Assembly: GCA_963575745.1 (NCBI GenBank)
Contig: CAUYUJ010000001.1
Location: 3,472,001 to 3,536,000 of the forward strand
Reading direction: 5' to 3'
Length of the DNA: 64,000 nucleotides
From: Prorocentrum cordatum
Taxonomy: Eukaryota
Each line of letters begins with the position of its first letter. Position 1 is the first letter of the stretch. Of this stretch, positions 25,713 to 37,664 are shown piece after piece. The notes under the pieces are model-generated. The model did not search any database, was not told the DNA's origin, and saw only the letters and a list, made by a program, of their open reading frames with translations. The translations under genes and the position numbers were made by a program.

Positions 25713-28477
25713 ATACGAGGAAGGAGATGAGACGTGCTGCTCCCTTGGGTCGTGCTCCGGCACGTAAGAGGGGGAGGGGGAATAAATGGGAGGCTCATAT
25801 TCAATCATACTCAAAGCTCACTCTGACTCATACTCACCCACTCGCATTACATAGGATTCACTCGTCTTCGTCGGCCCTGCCGCCCATGTGGACGCGCTAT
25901 CATAGTCAAGCGCTCATGAACAGACGCTCACCTTGGCAGGACATAAGACATGAGATGCACATATGGGTAGCTCCACGCAGTGAGTAATTACTATTTGGGT
26001 AAGTGTGGAGGAGGCAATACCGTATCGAGTGGGACATGGGGGCCTGGAGGGGATAGCCATCGAGGAGAGAGCGTGGAACAGAGGATAAGTGGACGGGGGA
26101 AGAGACTTGGGGAAGGAATGGGACTGGAAATAAAAACGATTGTACTGGAAGGGGGGTGGGGAGCGGGAAAAAGAAACGAACAAAAGAAAAAGAGGCTGGA
26201 CATCAGCCGGAATCCTCCCATCCAAAGCTCGACTGCTGACTACTCTCGGTGCTTGTTACTGTGATTCTCCGCTCTCCTGAATCGACGCTTTCTTGGGGGA
26301 TCGCGGGGCCAGAAGAGCCCCTTGCCCTGCGCTTCCCTCCCGCATCCCTCCAGGGTAGAGGGGAGGGGCAGGGGAAAAGGAAGGGGTGTGTGGTTGATGG
26401 CGGGTGAAAGGAGGGAAGAGGCCGTTTGCTCTTTTCCAGCGCAACTTCGGAGCAGACGGAGAAGGAGGAGGCCAGTGGGAGACAACGCGAAAAGCGGCCT
26501 TGCAACTGTGGCGCGTCCAGGGAACCGCCTGGCACCATCCAGCCGGTCTGGACTAAGACGCATAGGTCCACGAAGGACGGAGGAGGAGGGGAAGGCAAGC
26601 TAGGTGCGCTCGCGTCATATCTGACGTCCTACCCCTTCCTCCCATCCCTTACCATGGCGTAGACATGCCCTCTATTCGCACAGACGGATGTCGAGCAGGG
26701 CAAAGATCGCGAGAGGGTACGCGATGTATGGTAGAGCACGGCATGGTATGGCGTAGAAGAGCACGGCAGAGCGGGTCATGCCATACCATGTCGTGGCATT
26801 GCGCAGTGAAGCATCGCATTACAAAGCATTGCAACGCAAAACATGGCATCGCACAGCGGCGCAGAACACAACAACACACAGCATGTCATGGCGCCAGGTT
26901 CAATGTCTAGCTCCTTGGGCTCCCCGAAAAGCTCCACACAAGACAGGGCTGATGGAGAGCACCCGCTAGCTCTGCTTTCAACACCGCCTTCTCAAAGCAG
27001 AAACGCGGCTCCCGCTTCATGCTTCCTGAAACCGACGACGCCCCAAAGTGGGGGGGGGCCTCTGCGGCCCAAAGAATCAGCGAATCGACACCGAATGTCT
27101 AATCACTTCGGATGGTTTTTTCGGGGGGGGCATTTTCTAGATTTTGGGCTTAATTCGCTATCTCGAAGGACCTAAAACGCCCGCGCTGCAGCGGGAACAC
27201 GATTTGGAACAACCAGAAGCGCAGAGATGGGGCCAGCGCTTCAGCGGAAGCAACACATTGAAAAACCCAAGCGAAAGCCCAACTCCTGGGAATCCCGTGT
27301 AAGGAAACAGTACGTGGAGAGGGGCAGGACATCTTCCGGACGTCATCAGGGGAGAGAGGAGAGCAGTATTCATATTGTGTAGTTGTACAGACAACAGACG
27401 CATGGACGGATGACGGATGTAGGATGATAGAAAGGAAGACACCGCCGAGCTGGTGTGGGAAACAGACGCTGGGATTGCCAGGAGGCCCGAAGGGGGGAGG
27501 GCACGGCCTGCCACGACCGGCGTGTACACAACGCTACAGTTGGCACTGTCTTGCCGGCCTGGACTGCAATATACTGCGATTCCTCCAGGGGAGGGCGGAT
27601 GAGTAAAGGACGCACATTCGCAGCGAATCCGCGCGCAACAAGTGAACCTTGGAGCACGGCGGCGCCTCTCCACCCAACAGTGCATACCCATCAAGCGAGA
27701 TTTGCGGCGAGCGGAGGGGAACTGGGGGGAGGAAACAATGGTGGACCAGGAGGGGAAGCCAGACCAGATAACCACGCAACTGCAGGCCGCTTGCAGAGGC
27801 CGAACAGCCAAGCCTCACGACGCTTGTAGGGGGGGCGACGGCGAGGAAGAGGCAGGCGGAGGAGGCGAACTGTCGGCCGTCTTGCGGGGCTAGCCAAGAT
27901 TCCGCCTCCAGGAGACAAGCGCTGCAGGAAAGACAAGAAAAAGGGAGTGCGCGCGGCCCGGTTGCAGCCAAGACAGGCTCTTGACTACTCAGGCACAGCT
28001 GCGCGGCGATTGCTGACAGAAGGGGGCAAAAGCGAGGATCCGTCGGACGCCGCTCTTCCAACTCGCGCCGGCGAGGGCCGACGCAGACCAGTCACGCAGA
28101 GCCCAACAGCATTCAAAACGCACGGGAATCTCGGTTGCCCTGGCAAGGGCGCAGGATGCGAGCAGAGCGAGAGAGAGAGAGAGAGAGAACGAGAGAGAGA
28201 GAGGGGTGCGTGCAGCGTGTCCGCGCACCACTGACTCGAGTCCAAGTCTGGGCTGCGTCGCGCACCCGAAGCGTCCAGCGTCCGCCGCGGCGGGGCCAAG
28301 CCCGCGCAGGCAGGGTGCTCGGTGCATCGCAGACGCCCGCAGGCCGCGAAAGCAGCCGCGCCGGGGTCACTCTGCAAGCCGAAGTCCGAAGCGAAGGCAC
28401 GGTGAATGGCAGGTCGCCAGTGCGGACAGGTGTCTGGGCCTAGCTGCTAGCTAAGACCAGGTGGAGGAAGCCATGGC

Positions 28478-28494
28478 CTCCAAGAATATGGTAT
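28478..28494 (-). CDS. Bestrophin-family channel micro-exon: (D)TIFLE (17 bp; 20 bp if the upstream AG at 28499-28498 is used)
   Basis: T-rich tract then cacagtag| NAGNAG acceptor, and GAG|GC donor. Phases fit the upstream exon (phase 1) and the downstream exon (phase 0). The exon is short, so support comes mainly from phase and context. Confidence 0.6.
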
Positions 28495-29143
28495 CTACTG
28501 TGTCGCGCAAATAAAACAAAATTTGCGAAAACTGGGGCCGCGAGGACCGCCTGGGGCCGCGAGGACCGCCGCGTCGGGGTCGCTGCAAGCCGACGTCGAT
28601 CCCGACGGAATCCGCACGGCGGGCTCCAGGCGAGACCCCGGCGGCTGCAGCCCGAGCTCCACTGCGGCAGCCGCTGCGTGCGTGGAGTGGCAGCCGCCGC
28701 AGTGCTCCAACGAGCCGAAAGCGTTCGCAAAGCAGCGGAAGAGGCGGCCAAAGAGGCCCTCGCGGCTCCGAGTGCGGCGCGCTGTCGGCAACTTGGTCTG
28801 CTGGCTCGCCAACACGTTACCCCAACACGGGGCTGAGCTCCCTTGCCAAGGGTCCGCCCGTGCTGGGGCCCATGCGCAGTGCGCACACGGGGAGTGGACC
28901 CACCTGCCACCGGCCCGCCTATTGACTGATGCGGGGCTTCATACCTCCTCAACGCGCGTCCTGCATGCCCACTGCAGCCCAGCGTTGAGACTGCCGTCGG
29001 GCAAGTCGAGCCTTAGGTTGAGCGAGCGGCCTCGCGGCGACGCCACCCAGGACGTGTGACGCCACCCGCGTCGCGGTCACTCCCAATGCCCTGCGCTTCA
29101 CAACGGCGTTGTTCAGAAGGAAGACCATGTCGAACCACTCGGC

Positions 29144-29237
29144 CTACGCTACGGAGAGAACGATGTTGCTTGATATTGGAAATGATTCGAACGGCACTCG
29201 CGAAGCTGACCTGCCCTTCCACTGACGTGAAGACCGC
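29144..29237 (-). CDS. Bestrophin-family channel exon: AVFTSVEGQVSFASAVRIISNIKQHRSLRSV
   Basis: gcatcag| acceptor in phase 0 continues ...NLVM-A. Donor placed at GTAG|GC; an earlier CAG|GT donor after ...VEGQ is also possible, so the 3' end is uncertain. Confidence 0.6.
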
Positions 29238-29641
29238 CTGATGCACGAAATTCCAAGCGCGCGACGCGCGCAATTTAACCGCCAACTTCCACACCTGCAT
29301 GTCCACAACACCGCGCGGGAAGCTGAGCCTGTGAAGCTGCCAGAATTCAAAGGAGAGGCCCACAGCAAGGAGCCAGGAACAAGCAGTCCGAATGCCCTCG
29401 ACTCGACCCCCCCCAGGTGGGCGGCAACGTATCCAAAGTCGACAGGGGGGAGGAGGAGCAGCTCGGAACAGGTAGCGTGGAGGGAGAGAGGAGGGCGGAC
29501 GTCTGGAGCAGGGAGGAAATAAAGAGGGGTGAGAGGACGGGAAGGGGAGGGGGGAGGGGGATAATGATGAGGGAGGAGATGCGGAAGGGGTAGACAGAAC
29601 GAGGGACGGACGAGGGAGGACGCAGGGCGCGGCGATGCTGC

Positions 29642-29728
29642 CATGACCAAATTCTGGACGTTGACCAACAACGTTATTAGGTGCACGTAGCCGAACGGAA
29701 GAGGGGTGTCCAGGTACATGTTCATGAC
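29642..29728 (-). CDS. Bestrophin-family channel exon: VMNMYLDTPLPFGYVHLITLLVNVQNLVM
   Basis: cgtacag| acceptor and ATG|GC donor. TPLPFxYVHL matches the conserved bestrophin P(L/I)P(F/L)xY motif. Confidence 0.9.
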
Positions 29729-29842
29729 CTGTACGAGGCGGAACAGAAAGACGAGGAGGACATAGGGCTAGTGTCAACATCCCAGCAAGTCCTCTGGGCC
29801 CAGGCAGTTTAGCGCGCTTGTCCTTCCATTGTGACATAACAT

Positions 29843-30694
29843 GCCGCCAGCCCTCTGGGCGTAAGTGGTTTAGCGAGCTTCCTCTTCCAGCTTCCCTCTT
29901 CCCCTTCGTGGAAGGGTTCACCCCTCCACCTGACCCCCCCCGGGTTTGAATGGGGCGTTCCGCGAGGTGTCAGAAGTTTTTTAAATTGTGATATAAAAAA
30001 TGGCCGCCTTGGCGAGGAGGCCAACATCATTGATTGTATAAGAAGTGTTGGCCACATGTTGGCCTCCTGGGGGTGAGGGCGTAAAGGAGGAGCCCTGCTG
30101 TGATCGATCTCCTGTGAAATGGCACCCGAGGCTCCCAAGGATACCTCAAGATGGCCCACGAGGTGCCGAGGAGGCCTCCAGGGGCCCCCAAGAGGCCCCC
30201 AATATGCCCCCAAGAGGCTCCCAAGAGACCCCCAAGAGGCCCCCCAGAGGCACCAAAGTCGCCCCAAGGGACCTCGACGAGAAGGCCCAAGTGTTGGCCA
30301 CATTTTGGTTTCCTTGGGAGGGGACTCTGATGTACTACGGCCTCTCCTTTGATCGATCTCCTCCAGGATGGCCCCATGGCTCCAAAGGGTACCCCAAGAC
30401 GGCCCCGCGAGGTGCCGGAGGCCCCAAGAGGCCCCCGAAAAGGCCCCCAAGCTGCCCCCAAAATGTTCCCACGAGACCCCCGCCCCGAGAGGCCCCCCAA
30501 AGGTGCCGAGAACGGACGCCCCAATGGGCCCCCGGGATTGCCAAGAGACCCCAAAACGCCCCAAAAGGACTCCAAGAAGCTCCCGGGTATGACGTCTTAC
30601 CCAGCCCTTTCTTCCTCTGCGTGCTCCTCCACATCCCTGACCAGAACAACTCGTCTGGATGGGCTGGCGTGGTTAATGCGGGATGGCGATAAAT
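29843..30694 (+). mobile_element. CCAAGA-type element with subterminal IR CCGCCAGCCC / GGGCTGGCG
   Basis: 5' CCGCCAGCCCTCTGGGCGTAAG (hairpin GCCC-TCT-GGGC) matches the terminus at ~45600-45624 on the minus strand. 3' GGGCTGGCG at 30661, with a degenerate downstream hairpin. Confidence 0.65.
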
Positions 30695-30699
30695 AAAAA

Positions 30700-32320
30700 C
30701 ATGGGGGAGAACAATTAAAACATGGTTTTCTGCTATTTCTGCACAATTTTCTAACTGGAAGAGAACGATTAAAACATGTCGTGTTCAAAAAAATTACACT
30801 AAACGAGTGAGATCAAAACCCTATTAACAGAACTGAGCCACACACTGTTTAGGAAACCACCATTCTCAACATTTCGACGCAAACTAGGCTGAACATATTT
30901 CCGGAACGGCACTACAACTCAAAACACCCAACACAATACAGGCAGACAAGACACATGTCATCATGACGCACCAAGCGCGGCAAACACTCAAACCAGTGAT
31001 CAGCACACGAACAAACATTTAAGTCGGCATTGACGTTTCAATACAACACAACTGAGACCTCACAAAACAAAACCGCAACGCAACGCACATAAACAACTAC
31101 GCACCAACAACAATAATTACCGACACAAGTACACAATAACTAAACACATTACCAAACATGTCACAGTACAATAGAATAATCAGCTCATATGCAGGTCCAC
31201 TTTGACATGCCTTGTTCTTAACAATTAATGAAAATCTTCAAATAAATCAACCCACGCTACTGAACCACGAGACTCTTCAGGAAACCGTTGCACTGAAAAT
31301 ATTAACGCAAACTAGATTGAACATATGTGCTTCTAGACGGCATGGCCAAAACCTGAAACACAAAACGCCCGACGGAACACACGCAGAGAAGACACATAAC
31401 ACGCATGACGCGGCAAACACCAAATCAAATCAGCAACATGAAAACGGAAACTAAAATTGACATTTTACGTTTCTGTACGGCACAACCAGAATCTCGGAAT
31501 GCAAACACCGAAGCAACAGACACACACATGGCAAATGCAACGCCAAGAAAGTACAACCGACAAAACAGCAGACACCAACTCAACACATTAACAAATACGC
31601 CGCTGTGAAAACATGCCTCATCTGTGTGTTAACTTTCTATTTTTTTCTAAAAAGAATTAAAAAGTCAACCCATGCCACTGAAACATGACACTCTTCAGAA
31701 AACCATCGACCTTCACGAAAACCGAACGCACCTATGCGCTTCTGGACGGCATGACTAAAACCTGACACACAAACATACGCAACATCCGCAGACAACATAA
31801 ATAACACGCATGGCGAGGGAACCACGACAACACATCGTCGACATGAAACAGAAAATTTAACAGGGCATTGACGTTCCTGTACGGCACAGCAGGGACTTCG
31901 CAATGCAAACACGCAACACAACAAACATACTCATTGCAAACACGACACGCAAAATATGATAACCGACACAACGACACAGGAACTTAACACTTAAAAAGAC
32001 TCTGCTCTAGAATGCAACGAAGGCCTATCTGTAAACATATTTTCTAATATTTGTTCTTGACGTTTAAGAAAACATATTGGCAACGTCGTCCCTAAACCAC
32101 ACTATAGACTTAACTAAAACCATGCGTTCCTGGACGGCATGACGACCCCGCAACAGAAAATGCATAGCGCAACATATACATAAACACAGAACACGCAAAG
32201 CGGGCACACGCCCAAATTAGAAGTTTCTGTACGGCGCAACCGATCCTCGCAAAGCAAACGCGCAGACGAACGAAACTTTAATCTAACCGTGAGGAAACAC
32301 ACCACGTAAAGACAACACGT
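30700..32320. repeat. AC-rich, diverged ~420-bp tandem repeat (about 4 copies)
   Basis: Anchors CTGARCCAC...GAAACC and ...GACGGCATGAC recur at about 30833, 31260, 31678 and 32092. Confidence 0.75.
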
Positions 32321-33230
32321 ACAAACGGTACGTAAACGTGAGAAAAAAACAACAACACGTAAAACCATTACGTAAAAACAACACGCAAACACCGTACGTA
32401 CAACCAACACGTACACAACACTAAAACAACGCGTGAAAACAACGAATAAAAACAATACGTTAACACACTACGTTAAAACCACACGTGATCACACGCGTAA
32501 GCATTACGCAGACACAACGCGTAATGCACGTGAGAATTCGTTCAACCCACGTAAACCAACAATGAAAAACAACGCGTAAAACAACACGCAACACAACGCG
32601 TGCGAGCAACACGTAAATCAATAAGTACATGCAACGATAATTTTAACCTGACCGTGAGGAAAACAAAACGTAAAACCCTACGCAAACCAACATGTAAATA
32701 ATAAACATCACGTCAAACCAACACATCAAATCAACACGTAAAAACCATACGTAAACAAACAAGACGTAAACAATCCGTAACCAAACCATATGTAAACGTG
32801 AAAAGAAAACAACACGCAAACACAATACGCAAAAACAAAACGTAAAACAATACGTACAACCAACACGTAAAACACGTAAACACAATATATAAACCAAGAC
32901 GAAACAACAACATGTACACACACTATGTAAAAACAATACGTTAAAACAACACGTGATCACAACGCGTAAACACTACGTAAGCACAACGCGCGATACACGT
33001 GAAAGTTCGTTCAACCCACGTAAACGCACGTAAAAACACAAAACACAACGCGTAACACAACGCGTAACAACACCACGTTACGTAGTTTTGATTATTGTTT
33101 TTACGTTTTTTTCTCGTCGTATGTTTTTTACATATTGTTTTGACATTTTGTTTTGCTTTCTCGCGTTCACGCATTGTTTTACGCATTGTTTTCTGTCCCG
33201 CAGTTAACAATTATTTTCTTACAGTTAAGC
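32320..33230. repeat. Low-complexity ACGTAAA/ACAAC repeat with a strand flip at about 33080
   Basis: A/C-rich ACGTAAA motifs switch to T-rich TTTACGT motifs after CGTTACGTAG. Confidence 0.8.
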
Positions 33231-33409
33231 ACTACCAGTCACAAGAACACATAGAGATAAACGAATCACTCGGAAAGCTTATTGGATGGCTCAGGCTCCG
33301 GCTCGATCTGGAGCTTCGACACGACCTCAGCTCGAACGAATCCTACGCGCATTCGGCTTTGGGCTTCTGCTCGGACCCAGAAATAAGGTGTGTCGCTGGT
33401 GTCCCCGTT

Positions 33410-33745
33410 TACGTCGATTATATGCATCATCACCCAAGACATGATAACGCCACCGGCAATAAGAACAATATCGAATCGGAACCAAAGGTCCTGAAACGTG
33501 CATTACATCGGCTTCTGTACGCAATAAGGCCTCAATCGGAAATTCGAAGAATATCGAGCGCAGCCAACGTGCGACAACCATGTCGTGCCCATTCAGACGA
33601 AGCTGCAGTGCGACTCCGATTACCATACAAATCACAACGGTGACCGGAAGTCATGACAGCGTTCAAATATGCACTGTGACGAACAATATTGATCTGGCGC
33701 CGTGCCAACTGCCACCAATGAACGTCCTCGGCCCTCAAATCATGG
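33410..33745 (-). pseudogene. Intronless, frameshifted fragment of a voltage-gated cation channel (S1-S3 of the voltage sensor)
   Basis: With two frameshifts it reads WWQLARRQINIVRHSAYLNAVMTS / VTVVICMVIGVALQLRLNGHDMVVARWLRSIFFEFPIEALLRTEAD / CTFQDLWFRFDIVLIAGGVIMSWVM. This shows the S2 ExxLR and S3 WxxFD motifs of the Ion_trans family. Confidence 0.7.
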
Positions 33746-33779
33746 ATCCATTTTTTTTTAAGAAAAAAAGAAGTTGGCA

Positions 33780-34365
33780 TGTGCTTCATTACGGCATTCC
33801 GACGGCTCAACACGGCCCAAGAGGCCCCCAAGATCGCCCACGAGGCCTCCAAGATGGCCCCATGAAGGCCCAAGGGGCCCCCGCGACGGCCCCCAAGAGG
33901 GCCCAACATGGCCCCCAAGACGGCTAACATGGCCCCAAGATGCCTCCCAGACGGCCCAATATGCACCCAAGACGGCCTAAAATACCCTTAGGATGGCCCA
34001 AGACGGCCCAAGAGGCCCCCAAGAGGCATCCAAGACGGCCCTAGAGGCCTGCAGGAGGTCCTCCAGGAGGGCCCGAATATACCCAAAGAACTGATTGTTG
34101 GCAATTTTCGGTAAGTTTTTAAAAGGATTTTGGAATTTGCTTCTTTTCGGCATTCCGACGGCCCAAAAGGCCCCCAAGATCGCCCCAAGATCGCCCACGA
34201 GGTCTCCAAGATGGCCCCACGACGGCCCAAAAGGCCCCCAAGACGGCGCCAAGAGGGCACCAAAACGGCCCAAGAGGCCCCCAAGAAGTCCCCAAAGCCC
34301 TCCAAGAGGCCCCCGGGAAGCTCCCAGAAGGCCCCAAGAGTGCCCCACGAGGCGCCCAAGAGGCA
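33780..34365 (+). repeat. GGCCCCAAGA-family repeat, two internal units
   Basis: CGGCATTCCGACGGCYCAA...CCCCCAAGATCGCCC occurs at about 33792 and 34148. Confidence 0.85.
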
Positions 34366-34649
34366 TCCTCCTCCTCCTCCTGCTCCTCCTCCTTTCTCCT
34401 GATCCTCCCCCTCCTCCTCTTCTTGCTCCTGAACGATCGGCATGGTAAAAATAATGTGTCCCACGATGGTCAAATCCCAGCTCACGTGCTTCACTGACAA
34501 TTTAGGCTTCCAGCGTCTCAATGATACGGATCGCCGATCTCGCCCGTCAGAGTCTCCGCTTCCTTCCGGCACCTTGAACTGCGGGAGCTAGACGCCCGCA
34601 GGCGCGCCGCCAGTTCTTCGGGCGGTCCGCGGAAAAAAAAAACACAGTT

Positions 34650-36025
34650 CATCTGAGTCTGCGTGGGGCGCCACTGCGCTGGACCCCCAGCAGCCCTCGA
34701 AAGTGGCGACAGTCTCGCAGTTCGCAGCCTCCCTGGGATGGTGAGGTCGAATCTGACGCTGGCCCACCAGATGCCTCTGAAAGTGGCGACGGCTTTGCAG
34801 ATCGCAGCCACCCCTGGATGGTAAGGTCTAATGTAAGCCTGTGTGGGACGTCAATCCGCTGGATCCCCCAGCATCCCTTGAAAGCGGAGCTTGTTTCGCA
34901 GATCGCAGCCCCCAAGGATGGCCAAGTCTAGTGTAGGTCTGCGTGGGACGTCGCTCCGCTCGACCCCCTGGCAGCCCTTGGAAATGGCGAAGGTTTCGCA
35001 GATCGCAGCCCCCCAAAGATGGCGAGATCTAGATTAAGTCTGCGTATGACGTCACTAAGCTGGACCCCCTCCAGCAGCCTTCAAAGTGGCGACAGTTTCG
35101 CATATCGCAGCCCGCCCAAGGGATGGCGAGGTCTAATTCAACTGCGTATGACGTCACCCCCTGGACCCGCAGCAATTCTCGAAAATGGCGTCAGTTTCGC
35201 AGATCGCAACCCTCCAGGGATGGCGAGGTCTGGCTTAGATCTGCGTATGACGTGACTTCACTGGAACCTCTAGCAGCCCTCGACCTCGACAGTGGTGACA
35301 ATTTCGCAGATCGCAGCTCCCCAAGGATGACGAGGTCGAACTTACGTCACTCCGCTTGACACCCCAAACAGCCCTCGAAAGTTGCGACAGTTTCGCAGCC
35401 TCCCAGGGCTGGCGAGGTCGAATGTAGGTCGGCGTCTGACGCTATCCCGCTGGACCCCCCAGCAGCCTTCGAAAATGGCGACAGTTCCGCAGATCGCAGC
35501 CGCCCCCCCACGCCCCCGGGATTGCGAGGTCGAGTCTGAATCTGCGACGAGTGCCCGCTGTGCCCCACGTGTCCCTCGAAACCGGCGGCTGTTTCGCAGA
35601 TCGCCGCACCCCAGAACGGCGAGGTCTAATCTGAGTCTGCGGCGAGTGCCCTCTATGCTGCCCCCCCCCAACAGCCCTCGAAAGTGGTGACAGATTCGTA
35701 CATCCCAGCCTCCCAGGGATGGCGAGGTCGAATCTGAATCTGCGGCGGGTGCCCACGATGCTGCCTCCCAGCATCCCTCGAACGCGGCGACTGTTTCGGA
35801 GATCGCAGCCCCCAGGGACGGCGAGGTCGAATCTGAATCTGCGGCGAGTGCCCTCTATCCCCCCAGCAGCCCTCGAAAGCGGCGACAGTTTCGCAGATCG
35901 CAGACCCCCAGGGATGAAGAGGTCTAGTCTGAATCTGCGGCGGGCGCCCACTATGCGCCCCCCCCACCCCAGCATCCTTCGAAAGTAGCTATAAGTTCGC
36001 AGTTCGCAGCCCCCCAGCGATGGTG
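34650..36025. repeat. Diverged ~100-bp tandem satellite (about 14 copies)
   Basis: CAGCCCTCGAAAGTGGCGACAGTTTCGCAGATCGCAGCC...GGATGGCGAGGTC recurs about every 100 bp. Confidence 0.92.
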
Positions 36026-37664
36026 AGGAGGCAGGGTAGCAGGTAAGTATGAGACAGTGCAGCAGGCAGGCAGTAAGCAAAGTAGAAGGCAGGCAGCAGG
36101 GAAGCGGGAGGAGTGTGCGACCGCAATGCTCTATTCAAAACGAAAGCCCAACGCAGGAATGCTGGGAAAACAGACATACGCAGTGCTCCGCTGCGTGCCA
36201 ATGTAACAAGGGTAAACGCAACACACACAGCGTTTTGTGGCACCGAGGGCGCCAGACGTTAGGTCCTCCTGGTTTGGGAAGCTCAGAGCAGTGTGCTGGG
36301 GGGGGCAATGGTGAGCTCCTAAGCTTCCAACCAAGCCCAACAAACAACACCGTGTATCCATAACGTTTTGCTGCTTCCCAGGCCAACAGAAACGAGCCAA
36401 CACACATACGCAGCCTTCGCGAGGATGCCTATAGTATGGGATTATTGATAAGGAGTTTCTATTGCGGATGCCTGTGTTAAGGAATCCTTCGTACAGCGTG
36501 CAGGTTCACTGAGAAAAGGAATCCTTAGGAGGGGCCGTCAGCCAGGATCGCAACCTAAGGAATTCCTTGCACAGAAAACTTAAGCGGATGAGCGAAGCGA
36601 TTGTGCAATTTCGTGCAGCAGCCGATTCTGCGGCTTCGTGCTTTGAACGTGTTTGGGGTCGCTGGGGGGGAACCGAGCTAGTATGGACAGACCCATACAC
36701 GCATGCCTAGAAGCCTACGTACCTACATACAGTCGGACTCGATTGGAGAGGACACACGAGAGGACACAAGACTCTTCCGAGGGCCACGTTGCCGCAGAAA
36801 TGCAAGAAACATGGGTCGCAAGACACAGGACACTAAGGTACCCTTGATCTGGCAAGGTCAACCTACTAATCCGGGCCGCCTGTACCTGCATACATACATG
36901 TCTGTATCTCATGCCTCCCAGACTGCGCACGCCCACCTGTCTGTCTCTCGTCGCCCCTCTCCTCTCGTCACGGGACTTTCCGCCCCCACCCGCCCCTCCC
37001 CGCTCCCCGTCTCTCCGCTCACCTGCCCCCTCGTCCCCCTCCCGCCACCAATACTTTTCGTCCAGACTGCTCTTCTTCCGCGCTCTGCACACACCCATGG
37101 GCTGCAACACGGCAATTACCCTCACTGCTGGTGGCTCTGGTGTAACGGGATTGGCGCAAGAGGAACTGGCAGAGGAGAACGCCATCTCGTGTCACTCACT
37201 CTCCAATCGGCTCCCCCTCTCCCCTGCCTCCCCTTCTCCAATGCTGCTCCCTCGCGCGCCCTCTGGCGGAGCCCAGGGCGGCCGACCAGCATGCCGTCTG
37301 GGGGAGCGCGTTTTTGCAAGCTGATGTGCTCTGACGCTGAGGCTTGCCGGCCGTCGGGGCTGAGCACAGCCGAGGATGGGGGAAGGAGGAAAGGCCAGCA
37401 CTAAGTCGGGCGTGTCCCCCTGCAGGGGGATTTTCGACGAGAGAAATAAAACATACTCAAAACATGCTCCAAAATGGTCAAACAATACTTTAAACAAAAA
37501 CATCCCCAGACAATTTGTGTTAGGAATAAGTGCCCCGGGCAAGCCCATGGACCCGCATCAAAAGAGGGGATAAGGGGCAGACAGCGGCAGGACAGCAGGC
37601 CAAGCGCAGGAGACAGCAGGGATGGGGAGACAGCCCCTCCGGAAAACATTCGACGCTCTCCCCC

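Larger units (their letters stand above)
15531..25990 (+). mobile_element. Head-to-tail array of six related satellite-bearing non-autonomous elements (type A 15531-22119, type B 22120-25990)
   Basis: Shared 3' end (G)ATGCACATATGGGGAGCTCCACGCAGTGAGTAATTA, with variants, ending at about 17017, 19035, 20688, 22119, 24229 and 25990. Units 1 and 4 are near-identical at an offset of 5115 bp. Units contain CACTCAGACT repeats and a 152-bp repeat. Confidence 0.85.
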
